Of a stretch of DNA of 64,000 bases, positions 22,090 through 31,839 are shown piece after piece. How positions within the stretch are numbered: position 1 is the first letter of the stretch; every line of letters begins with the position of its first letter. A model generated the notes under the pieces. It did no database searches. It saw only the letters and a program-made list of their open reading frames with translations, and had not been told where the DNA came from. A program made the position numbers and the translations under genes. Location of the stretch: the NCBI GenBank assembly GCA_963848165.1, contig CAWKCS010000025.1, forward strand, positions 28,151 through 92,150. The letters run 5' to 3'. This DNA is from an uncultured delta proteobacterium. GTDB lineage: Bacteria > Desulfobacterota > Desulfobacteria > Desulfobacterales > B30-G6.

Positions 22090-22872
22090 ACATTTTTTAA
22101 TATTTACAACTTGTTGGAAATAAACAGTACCTGCAGCCAGACAGAAAAGATTAATGAATTTAGATTCGCCCGCAACCCCCGCAGCATGCCACAGGTGCTA
22201 CGCTCGTTGTTGCGGCTCGAAACAGTGACTTGTATCTTATAGAATTGTTTTTTTCAACCTCCATAATAATACATTAAATCAAATTATGGGCTATTATATA
22301 ACAATATAGGCAACAATCATCCATTTATATCCAAAATTGGCAATTTTCGATTATTTTTGAGTAAAACAGCAACTCCGATAACCGGAATTTCCCTTGCACT
22401 CGAACATGCCACGGAGAATACCCTGGTTATTGTGGTTCAAATATCAATTCCATGACTTCTGATCAATTTCTCGACCTGAATATATATAGTTAAAATGCCG
22501 ACAGCCAATTCATCTGGAAAACATGCGGAATAAATGCCCCAATTAGGTTCATTGACCGAACTATGAGGCTGTTTTCGATATAGCTCTGTGATAACGGAAA
22601 GTGTAATCATATCAGGATGATATCGTATGAAGACACCGGCCCCAGGCCGTATTTCGACTTGACAATACTCGTAAACAGTCCGATTTGACGGTTTATATAA
22701 TGTGTTCTTAACGGAAAGCGTAAATTTCTAATATAGGCGTATCGATATCTGCCTATAGGAAATGAAGCAATAACGAAACGTTGGACACTCGAACGCTCAA
22801 CCTTGGGATAAAACCTTGACAGTGGATGACCTTATTGTATATTCCTTCGACGCCAGAATGTAGGTTATAATT

Positions 22873-24912
22873 ATGCAACATGAAACAGACCATACCAAAC
22901 ACCAGGCATGGAAGGGTTTTCCATACCTCCTGTGTTTGTCCCTTTTTTTCTTTTTATTGACCGGCTGCCAGCATCTGGCGCACGAACCTGACGTGCCATC
23001 TGAACCGGCGTCCAACAATGAATTTGGACTGCTGCGAGATGCCGCTGTCTCGCCGGAAATGCCCTCTGATCCAGTGGCCCAGCCATCCGAAGTGTCCGTG
23101 GAAGAAGCTTTACCGACAGAAAAAGCTGAGGATCACACACTGGACGAAAACCCGCCCAATACCCCCGATGATGCAGACATTGTAGAATCGAACATTGTTG
23201 ACGAGGAGATCCCTGAAAAAGCACTCAGTATCGCCGCCCTGCAGCAATTACAACCCGAAAATGGTCAGACACCCTATCAGAAGGACGAGGTTCTGCCGGA
23301 AGAACCTGACGCGCAGATACCGGAGCTGGAAAACGATAAAACGACGCCTCCTCAAAAAACGACCCAGATGGTTCTTGACGAGGCCCTTGGCTTTTGCGAA
23401 GCCGCTCAGGAATTCTGGCAAAAGGGAGAACTTGATAATGCCCTTGAAGCGCTGGACCAGGCTTATTCCCTGATTCTCGACATCGAACGTGAAGACCAGC
23501 CACAACAGATGCAGCAGAAAGAAGATCTCCGCTTACCTGATATCCAAACGTATTCTGGAAATTTACGCCTCGCGCAACACGGTGGCAAATGGCAGCCACA
23601 ATGCCATTCCATTGGAGATGAACCGCCACGTTCAGGCCGAAATACGACTTTTTACCCAGGGCGGGGAAAAAAACTTTTTCAAGCAATCCCTGGTCCGGTC
23701 AGGAAAGTACCGGCCCTTTATCCTTTCCAAGACTGAAAGAAGCCGGAATGCCCGAAGAACTATCCTGGCTGCCCCTCATCGAAAGCGGATTTCAAGGTGA
23801 AAGCCCTATCCAAAGCCCGGGCCCTCGGTCTCTGGCAGTTTATTCCATCCACCGGTTACAAGTTCGGCTTGAAACGCAACCAATACATCGATGAACGTAT
23901 CGATCCCGCTAAATCCACCGAAGCCGCCATTGCCTATCTGCAGGAACTGCATGGTATTTTTGGAGACTGGATAACGGCACTTGCGGCCTACAATTGTGGA
24001 GAGGGCCGGGTTCTGCGGGTCATCCGCGGCCAGAATATCAACTATCTCGACAATTTCTGGGACCTGTATGAACGACTCCCCAGGGAAACGGCCCGGTATG
24101 TTCCCAGATTCCTGGCCGCTGTTCATATTATCAATAATCCCGATAAATACGGTCTCGGGTCGGTCGTACCGGACACCCCCCTCGATTTCGAAATCGTAGA
24201 GGTGTCCAGGCAGGTTCAGTTGACGGACATCGCCAGCAAAATAGGGGAATCCAGTAATGTGCTGAAAGAGTTGAACCCCGAGCTGCGCTACAACATCCTG
24301 CCGCCGGAAAGCTATTTTTTGAAAGTGCCACCGGCAAAGGTCGGCCAGTTGCTGGCATCCATCGACAGCATCCCTGTTTCCCATCCACCGAGACCCGCCT
24401 ATGTGACCCATCTTGTCCGGTCCGGAGAAACTCTTTCCGGCATTGCCGATAAATACAGAACCAGCGTCCGGCGCATTATGCAGGCCAATAATCTCCGGTC
24501 GTCGCATCTTATCGTGGCAGGAAAAAAATTGAAAATCCCCCAGCGGGGAACCGTCATAGTCCATGCAGACACCGCCGTAAAAGAACCTACCGGAAAGATC
24601 ACTATCCACAAGGTGCGTAGCGGCGACTCTCTCTGGATCCTTGCCCGGCGATATGAGACCACCGTCAAGAAGATCCAGGAATTAAACGGTCTGAAAAATA
24701 CCAACCTTTATATAGGGCAACGCCTGAAGGTGCCGGAATACCGCTACGAAACCCCAACGACAACCAGCACCAACCAATATCTCGTACGTAGCGGCGACAG
24801 TCCGTACAAGATCGCCAGAAGCCACAACATGTCTCTCGGACATTTTCTGCGTATTAACGGCCTGACCCCCAGGAGCAAGATCTTTCCGGGTCAAGTGCTG
24901 AAAGTCGAGTAG
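22873..24912 (+). pseudogene. MltD-like membrane-bound lytic murein transglycosylase with three C-terminal LysM domains, interrupted by three +1 frame changes (or sequence errors)
   Basis: The N-terminus has a lipoprotein-like signal (…LLTGC). Conserved blocks sit in different frames: LISKRILEIYASRN…RSGKYRPFILSK (frame 2), EAGMPEELSWLPLIESGF (frame 3), KALSKARALGLWQFIPSTGY…AAYNCGEGRV plus three LysM repeats (frame 1, ORF 23797..24912). Frame changes are near 23535, 23735 and 23790-23796. Confidence 0.8.
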
Positions 24913-24922
24913 AACATGCGCA

Positions 24923-24990
24923 ATTGAAGATTCCTCGCAGCAAGCTACGAGGAATGTCCTGCCGTGCGGCAGAACCTACGGGGAAGATGC
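24923..24990. repeat. Intergenic structured repeat, family A (copy 2, inverted relative to copy 1)
   Basis: attgaagattcctcgcagcaagctacgaggaatgtcctgccgtgcggcagaacctacggggaag. It has two hairpins (attcctcg…cgaggaat and ctgccg tg cggcag) and aligns with the reverse complement of 6951-7010. Confidence 0.6.
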
Positions 24991-25058
24991 ACGAAGGGAA
25001 GTTCTAATACGTTTGACGTGTCATTCAAGTTTTATTCATTGGCACAATAAGGTGGGGT

Positions 25059-25636
25059 CATTTCTTATTATTTGACGAATCTATCAAGCAAGAAATCTTC
25101 GACATTCCTTCTTGAATCAATAGATGAAGTTATCCAGATGCCTCCTGGCACTCGTCTGCCCAAGCAAATAACTCAGGAGTGCCGCCGGTATGCCAGAAAA
25201 ACACCGTGTGGTTTTTTGTAAAATAGCCCTTTTGGATCAGGTCCAGAAACCCGCCCATGGCCCGCGCTGTGTACACCGGTCCCAAAAGGATCCCTTCATG
25301 AAGTGAGAGATCTCAAATAGCATCGAATTCCAGATCCCCAGGCATAGCATACCCTGCCCCCAGATAGTCACAATTAAGAGAAAAATCCGATTCCGTCATC
25401 CGGATGGCAGACCCGATTCTTTCAGCCGTGGCATTGGCAATCTTGGCCAGAACTGGAGCAAATGGTTCATCGCCGGTTATTTTTTGATCAATGCTGATGC
25501 CAAGAACCTGACCCTTAAAGTTTATGATCTTTGCTCCTAATGTCAGACCGGCCTGGGTCCCTCCGGAGCTTGTTGCAAAAACGATTGCATCCAGCTGGAT
25601 GTGCATGTCTTTCAACTGGGTTTCAAGTTCTAGCAT
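25059..25636 (-). pseudogene. Duplicated 3' fragment of the dcyD-like gene plus its downstream flank
   Basis: 578 bp are collinear with 36084-36661 (constant offset 11025, about 4 mismatches seen). One mismatch turns AGA into a TGA stop at 25313-25315. The fragment begins at codons MLELETQLKDMHIQ… of the intact gene. Confidence 0.85.
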
Positions 25637-26081
25637 GTCGCGCGTTACCTGATAACTTGTCCTGTTTTCAAAACGACATAGCGTTGATGAACTGGCAAGA
25701 TCACGATCTCGCTCAACTGCTGTCTGAATCGCCTTGTCTTTACGCAACGTTTGATGGTCGTTCAAATCCTCATAGCCCAAGGCAATGCCATAGATTCTCT
25801 GGCGGAGCATAGGCAGCAATGGATGGCGGACTTTGCCCTTGCAGCGGGTATCTTCAAATAATTCTGCCACGCGTGCAGTGAGATTCAGTCTTTTGTCAAC
25901 TTCTCTTAAAAGCATAACACCGCCATCTGATGTGATGTCGCCTCCAGTAAATTCGGCTTCAATTTTTCGCCTTTTGAACCTTGCATATTCTACTTTGGGT
26001 ATGGTACAAACTGTCATGGCAAAACCTTCTTTGTTTATCATTCTAATCAACTGATATATAACATAATAAAGAAGGTTTTGC
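25637..26081 (-). mobile_element. IS1380-family (IS4-like DDE) transposase N-terminal fragment with 5' hairpin
   Basis: MTVCTIPKVEYARFKRRKIEAEFTGGDITSDGGVMLLREVDKRLNLT…LGYEDLNDHQTLRKD…STLCRFENR resembles IS1380-type transposase N-termini. It is fused in frame at 25636/25637 to the dcyD fragment (single ORF 25313..26050). Only ~130 of the expected ~450 aa are present. Confidence 0.65.
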
Positions 26082-26259
26082 TAGTTTTTTATGCATTGTC
26101 CGGGTTAGCTGGGTGGATATGGATGCAGATCTGACCGATGCCATGAGCCAAAGATTGGCACTGTTCCCCAAGGAGCCCGCCATTTTGTTTACCAGGTGCT
26201 CATAGAATGATAGTATTCTCCTGTCGCAGGTTTGGATGGGGTGATGGGCCGAAAGGAGT

Positions 26260-26796
26260 GTGTTCGAGATGAAAACGATAATTCTGGTCAGACACGCCAA
26301 ATCAAGCTGGAAAGATCTCAGTCTGGACGACTTTGACAGACCTTTGAACAAGAGAGGTAAAAAGAATGCACAATTTATGGGGGGGAAACTAAAAGAGCGA
26401 CAAATTATGCCTGACCTGGTTCTGTCAAGTCCTGCTAAAAGGGCCAGAAAAACAGCCACAGCTTTTGCCAAAGCCATCGGTTATCCCAAAAAAAAGATTG
26501 TCTTTGACGACAATATGTATCATGCTAGTTCAAGATACCTAATTGAGATAATTAGAAATATTGATGATAAACATGAAACAATCATGCTTTTTGGACATAA
26601 CCCTGATTTGAATGGCTTGGCCAATATATTGCTTAATAAAAATCCGGTTGATAACATTGTTACCACTGGCGTATACTGTATCAAAGTTAATGTGAATCAA
26701 TGGCAAAACATGCGTGAATGGAAAGGCGAATCCGTCTTTTACGATTATCCAAAGCGATACCAGGTGGATACTAAACATTTTATGGATCAAAGTTAA
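26260..26796 (+). CDS. sixA: SixA-like phosphohistidine phosphatase (histidine phosphatase superfamily)
   Basis: MKTIILVRHAKSSW… (RHA catalytic motif) …LSSPAKRARKTA… …LFGHNPDL. The likely start is the ATG at 26272. Confidence 0.8.
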   Translation: MFEMKTIILVRHAKSSWKDLSLDDFDRPLNKRGKKNAQFMGGKLKERQIMPDLVLSSPAKRARKTATAFAKAIGYPKKKIVFDDNMYHASSRYLIEIIRNIDDKHETIMLFGHNPDLNGLANILLNKNPVDNIVTTGVYCIKVNVNQWQNMREWKGESVFYDYPKRYQVDTKHFMDQS

Positions 26797-26799
26797 GGA

Positions 26800-28359
26800 A
26801 TGTGCGATCATTTAAAATTCAGCTTGCCTGACGCGTACATCCAGCAGCGGCTGACCGGCGCATTGGCTGATCATTATGTGATCAAAAAAGAGCGAGCCGT
26901 TCTCAAGCGCATGGCGATTTACGATACGTTTGATTGGCGTTTGTTTAATAAATCATTTGTTTTGTACACTTCCGAAAACAAACTCTTTTTACGCAGACTG
27001 TTCAAAAACGCCATTATTCACAGTGCCGCAATTACCTCGCCACCTGTTTTTGTATGGGATTTCCCCGACAGTGAATTAAAACAAAAGCTATCACCGGTTT
27101 TAAACGTGCGCGCGCTTTTAAAACTTATTGAGCTACATTCCCGATTAGCAGCTCATCGCATTTTAAACCAGGATGAAAAAACAGTGGCCCGCTTGATCTA
27201 CGAGGAAATTAGGCCTGTACAAGGAAAAAACGCCCCGGTTTTGGCAAAATATTTGTGGTTGCAACCGGTTAAGGGGTACACAAAGGCCTGCCAAAACATC
27301 ACCAAATACTTGGAAGAAGTCGGATTTACAGCTCTTAAAAAAGAAGACATCTACTTTAAAGCGATGGATGCAGCCGGCAAAAGTCCGGGCAGTTATTCTT
27401 CAAAATTGAAAATACAGCTCGACCCTGCCATGCGTTCTGATGAAGCCACTAAAATCATTTTACGTTATTTGCTACAAATAATGAAGATCAATGAAGCCAA
27501 CCTTAAGAAGGACCTGGATACGGAATTTTTACATGATTTTCGAGTCGCAACTCGGCGCACCCGCTCTGCTTTGGGTCAAATAAAATCCGTGTTTCCGAAA
27601 CATATAGCCGGCCGATTTAAAAAAGAGTTCGCTTTTGTGGGCAAACTCTCCAACCAGTTGCGCGACCTAGACGTCTACCTCCTCAAGGAGAAGGCCTTTA
27701 AAGCGATTCTCCCACCCGTCTTGCGCGATGACATTGCCCCCCTGTTTGACTATTTGCGAAAAAATCGATCAAAGGCTCTGCAAAAAGTTATCCGTGGTTT
27801 AAATTCTAAAAAATATGTACGGATCATGCAGAATTGGGAATTCTTCCTGGATGAACCCGTTCAGGATCCGCCAGCGGCATCCAATGCTAATGTGCCCATT
27901 ATTACCTTGGCGCGAAAAAGAATCTATAAGAAATACCGGAGCATCGTAAAAGTCGGTAGCCAGATCCTTGAGAACACCGAGGACGAGAAATTGCATGCAC
28001 TGCGAATTGAATGCAAAAAATTGCGGTATCTGATGGAGTTTTTCTACAGTCTGTTTCCACGCAAAAAAATCAATATATTGATTGCCCAATTAAAGATATT
28101 GCAAGACAATTTAGGGGATTTTAATGACCTGTGTGTTCAGGAACAATACCTGCTGAACATTGCCGAGGAGCTGCCCGCAACCCATCGGATATCTAAAAAG
28201 ACACAGGTGGCAATTGGCAGTCTGATCGGAACGTTGGATAAGGAAAAGCAGATCATTAAAGATGCATTTGCCAAAACGTTTACAGACTATGCATCGTCTT
28301 CGAATAAAAGAGCATTTAGTAAACTTTTCGCCTCAAAGCAGAAAGAGACGGTTCCATGA
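26800..28359 (+). CDS. CHAD domain protein with N-terminal CYTH-like region
   Basis: 519 aa. The C-terminal half shows CHAD hallmarks (…LHDFRVATRRTRSAL… …LRDLDVYL… …LHALRIECKKLRYLMEFF…). The N-terminal ~200 aa have the size and position of the CYTH-like domain that often precedes CHAD, which is less certain. The start is 3 nt after the sixA stop. Confidence 0.8.
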   Translation: MCDHLKFSLPDAYIQQRLTGALADHYVIKKERAVLKRMAIYDTFDWRLFNKSFVLYTSENKLFLRRLFKNAIIHSAAITSPPVFVWDFPDSELKQKLSPVLNVRALLKLIELHSRLAAHRILNQDEKTVARLIYEEIRPVQGKNAPVLAKYLWLQPVKGYTKACQNITKYLEEVGFTALKKEDIYFKAMDAAGKSPGSYSSKLKIQLDPAMRSDEATKIILRYLLQIMKINEANLKKDLDTEFLHDFRVATRRTRSALGQIKSVFPKHIAGRFKKEFAFVGKLSNQLRDLDVYLLKEKAFKAILPPVLRDDIAPLFDYLRKNRSKALQKVIRGLNSKKYVRIMQNWEFFLDEPVQDPPAASNANVPIITLARKRIYKKYRSIVKVGSQILENTEDEKLHALRIECKKLRYLMEFFYSLFPRKKINILIAQLKILQDNLGDFNDLCVQEQYLLNIAEELPATHRISKKTQVAIGSLIGTLDKEKQIIKDAFAKTFTDYASSSNKRAFSKLFASKQKETVP

Positions 28360-29114
28360 CAACCTTGGCACTATACAGTAATAAAGGGGGCGTGGGCAAA
28401 ACTACGACAGCAGTAAACCTGTCCTATTTGGCTGCGCAGGCAGGTGCTAGAACCCTGATCTGTGACCTAGACCCCCAAAGCTCCGCAACCTATTATTTTC
28501 GGATTAAACCTAAACTGAAGTTCGGTGCAAAGAGGTTCATTAAAGGTGGCGAGCAGATAAAAAAAAGCATTAAAGGCACTGATTATGAAAATTTGGATCT
28601 GCTGCCGGCCGATTTCACCCTTCGAAAGTTAGATGCCGTTTTTGGCAAATTGAACCGCCCCAAAGAGCGGTTGAATAAATTTCTAAAACCGCTTAAGGCT
28701 GAATATGATCTGGTCATTTTGGACTGTCCGGTCACAATCAGCATCCTGGCCGAAAATATTTTCAATGCTGTTGATTTCATCCTCGTTCCGCTCATTCCAA
28801 CAACGCTTTCTGTTAGAACCTATAAACAATTACTGTCATTTTGCAGAAAGAATAAATATGATGCAGGTAAAATTTACGCCTTTTTTTCCATGGTCGACAG
28901 ACGCAAAAGAATGCACAAAGAACTCATGGCGATGATGTTGAAGGAATTTAATGGCGTGCTGCGAAGCCTTATTCCATATTTATCGCAGATCGAAAGAATG
29001 GGAATTGAGCGGGAGCCGGTTGCGGTTTCTGCACCGGGTTCAGTGGCTTCAAAAGCATATCAAAACCTGTGGACAAAATTCCAGGAAGCCGCTTTTGCGA
29101 ACCCGAACAATTGA
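28356..29114 (+). CDS. ParA/Soj-family (deviant Walker A) ATPase, orphan
   Basis: 252 aa (MTTLALYSNKGGVGKTTTAVNLSYLAA…LICDLDPQSSAT… …LVILDCP…). The ATG overlaps the CHAD stop (ATGA at 28356-28359). No parB is nearby. Confidence 0.9.
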   Translation: MTTLALYSNKGGVGKTTTAVNLSYLAAQAGARTLICDLDPQSSATYYFRIKPKLKFGAKRFIKGGEQIKKSIKGTDYENLDLLPADFTLRKLDAVFGKLNRPKERLNKFLKPLKAEYDLVILDCPVTISILAENIFNAVDFILVPLIPTTLSVRTYKQLLSFCRKNKYDAGKIYAFFSMVDRRKRMHKELMAMMLKEFNGVLRSLIPYLSQIERMGIEREPVAVSAPGSVASKAYQNLWTKFQEAAFANPNN

Positions 29115-29224
29115 ACCCGGATTTGAGAAACTCCTGACATCTGAAACAGGATCCTCGAATTCCGATGATAAGTAATGCATGACTGCCGTTAACCAAAAGC
29201 CATGAATTACATCCACGTGCAACT

Positions 29225-31418
29225 ATGTGCCGGTTAACGAACGTTCCGGCCGGGAAAAAAAGCATGGGAAAAGCAAAAACAAATACGGTAAAACCTGGTA
29301 AAATCGATACGGATTCGCCAAATGCGCTCATCAACCGTGAGTTAAGTTGGCTCAGCTTTGCACGCCGTGTGCTCGCGCTCGCGGAGGATCCCGAATTACC
29401 CCTGCTGGAGCGTGTCAAGTTTGCCGGCATCATGGGCATGCTGTTTGACGAGTTCGCGATGAAACGCATGGGGGGGCTCAAACGCAAGATTGAGAAACGG
29501 AAACGGAAAAAGAAGCTATCCCCCGACGGGCTCAGCCCGGAAGAGGAATTGCAAGCCTGCCGGAACGAATTGCATAAACAAACCCGACGTGTTTCCAGGC
29601 TGATGAGTCATAAGCTTGGCCCCGCTTTGTCAAAGGCCGGAATTCCCATCCTGGAATATAAGGAGTTGAACGATCAACAGCAGTCGCATTTGCAGCACTA
29701 TTTCCTTGAATCGGTGGAACCCATTCTGACACCGCTTGCCGTAGATGTTTCACATCCGTTTCCCTTCATCAGTAACCTGGGGTTAAACATAGCGGTGGAA
29801 GTCAAGGAAACTAAGAAGAAACGCAATCGCTTCGTGCGGATCAAAGTACCGGCAAACCGCCCGCGCTGGGTGCCTCTGCCCGATGGCGCCGGTTATGTGC
29901 CTCTGGAGCAGGTGATCGAGGCGAACCTTAAACTTCTGTTTCCCAGGGCAGCCGGTTTGAAGTGCTATTTTTTTCGCGTAACTCGCGTCGCCAAGGATGA
30001 CCCGTGGGAACGGACATACCTTGAAGGCCCAGGAACCGATCATATTCCAGGTCGCCTGATCGGTATGGTCACGGAAGAACTGACTGCCCGAAAGTTTGCC
30101 GGCGTGATACGACTCCAGGTGAGTTCTAACATGCCCAAAAAACGTCAACGCTGGATCGCCGAACAGCTCAAGGCAGATCTAAAAGATCTGGAACCCACGA
30201 AAGGTCTGCTGAGTCTTTCGGATTTAATGAAGTTCCAGGTGGGAGGTTACTCGAAACTGCGCGATCCTCACCATGAGCCCGTAACCCATCCTCGCCTGGT
30301 CCACCTGGATCCCCTCGACTCTGCAGATATTTTCGACGAGATTCGCCGAGGGGACATCCTGTTGCATCATCCTTACCACAGCTTCGACGGCTCAATATTG
30401 CATTTCCTGCAATGTGCAGCAGTTGACCCGCATGTGCTGGCAATCAAGCTGACCATTTACCGCACCAGCAGCGAGTCACCGATCATTATAGCGTTGATGA
30501 ATGCAGCGCGCCAGGGCAAGCAGGTAGCCGTGCTGGTGGAGATTACCGCACGCTTCGACGAGGCCCCCAACATCGCATGGGGCCGGCAGCTTGGAGCAAG
30601 TTGGCGTACACGTCGCCTATGGCGTGGAGCGTCTTAAAACCCACGTCAAATTGGCTCTCGTCGTCCGTGAAGAGAAGAACGGCATTCGCCGCTATTTCCA
30701 CGTGGGCACCGGAAACTACCACGAAGGCACAGCCCGAATTTATGAGGACATGGGCATTCTCAGTTGCGACAGGGAACTGGGTGCTAATGTCGCAACTGTG
30801 TTCAACGAACTAACGGGGGCCACTCCGGCTCAAAGCTATGGAAAATTATTGGTCGCCCCCCACAATCTGCGCGAGCACTTTACCGAATTGATCCGGCGCG
30901 AGGCCCGGCTCAGTCAGTCAGGCCGTTCTTCTGGCATTCGCGCCAAAATGAACCAACTTCAGGACGCGCTCATGATTCGCGAACTTTACCTCGCCAGCCA
31001 GGCGGGTGTGCCCATCAGTCTGAATATCCGCGGCTTATGCTGCCTGCGTGCGGGGGTTCCCGGATTGTCCGATACAATTCGGGTTTTCAGTACACTGGGG
31101 CGCTTTTTAGAACATTCACGCATCTATCGTTTCGAAAACGGGGGTGACCCTGAATTTTTTATTGGTTCGGCCGACTGGATGCAGCGTAATCTCAACCGTC
31201 GTGTGGAAACCATAACGCCCGTTTCCGACCCGACACTGAAACAGGAATTAGAGCAGACCTTACAGGTTTACGAAAACGATAACTGCTCGGCCTGGGATAT
31301 GCGACCTGACGGCCGTTATATTCGGCGGCGTCCGGCCAAAGGCGAAAAGCGCCGCGCCGCTCAAGAAGTATTCATCGAGCTTGCCGAGCATCAATCAAAG
31401 AATAAGGGCAAGGTCTAA
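29225..31418 (+). pseudogene. ppk: polyphosphate kinase 1, split by a 1-nt frame change near 30590 (pseudogene or sequence error)
   Basis: ORF 29225..30637 carries …LINRELSWLSFARRVLALAEDPELPLLERVKF… through …VAVLVEITARFDEAPNIAWGRQL. ORF 30591..31418 continues as EQVGVHVAYGVERLKTHVKLALVVREE…HVGTGNYH… The likely true start is the ATG at 29264. The gene is clearly more GC-rich than its neighbours. Confidence 0.9.
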
Positions 31419-31472
31419 TATAGGCATGGAGCCTCTTCCGGAATATAAAATTTGTGATTTGACGAGGCACTG

Positions 31473-31592
31473 ATGGCTTTGGAAATCGAAAGAAAATTCT
31501 TGGTTAAGGAAGGTAAATTGCTCGATAAATTTCGTGAAACGTTGGGGATAGAGAGTATAAGGCCGGAAGGAGATGATAATGAAACAGGATGA
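31473..31592 (+). pseudogene. CYTH-domain N-terminal remnant (39 codons)
   Basis: MALEIERKFLVKEGKLLDKF… matches the characteristic EIERKFLV start of CYTH/triphosphate tunnel enzymes. It stops after 39 codons and overlaps the next ORF. Confidence 0.5.
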
Positions 31593-31839
31593 TCTTACCA
31601 AAATAAAACATATTGGTCTCAATCGCATGAGATTGTTCAACGACCTTGGCATCAAAACAATAAAGCAACTGCGAGAAATGCCGCTGGAAAAACTGGCCGG
31701 GATTAAATCGATCGGCACCCATTATGCCAAGCTGATCAAAAATTCTGTTGCCGAATATGATAGGGTAAAACACGAAAAATTGTCTGACCAGACCGCAGCG
31801 GCCAAAGAAGGAAAGCCCCGGAGAGCACTCGGGATTTAA
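31573..31839 (+). CDS. helix-hairpin-helix motif protein (small; possibly truncated by a frame change)
   Basis: 88 aa (…DLTKIKHIGLNRMRLFNDLGIKTIKQLREMPLEKLAGIKSIG…), two HhH-like motifs. GGAAGGAG precedes the ATG at 31579. An open frame continues in another frame to 32003. Confidence 0.55.
   Translation: MIMKQDDLTKIKHIGLNRMRLFNDLGIKTIKQLREMPLEKLAGIKSIGTHYAKLIKNSVAEYDRVKHEKLSDQTAAAKEGKPRRALGI

Noticed and set aside
21601-22100. ORFs 21601-21819 (+), 21738-22100 (+) and 21830-22048 (-)
   Set aside because: They are built from tRNA-Gly, tRNA-Tyr and tRNA-Thr gene sequence and the spacers between them. They have no coding features.
26043-26477. 144-aa minus-strand ORF spanning the IS-fragment border and the sixA 5' end
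   Set aside because: It overlaps the well-supported sixA-like gene on the opposite strand and crosses a rearrangement junction. The sequence is low-information.
28969-29487. 172-aa minus-strand ORF bridging the parA 3' end and the ppk1 5' end
   Set aside because: It is antisense to two recognisable genes and has no motifs.
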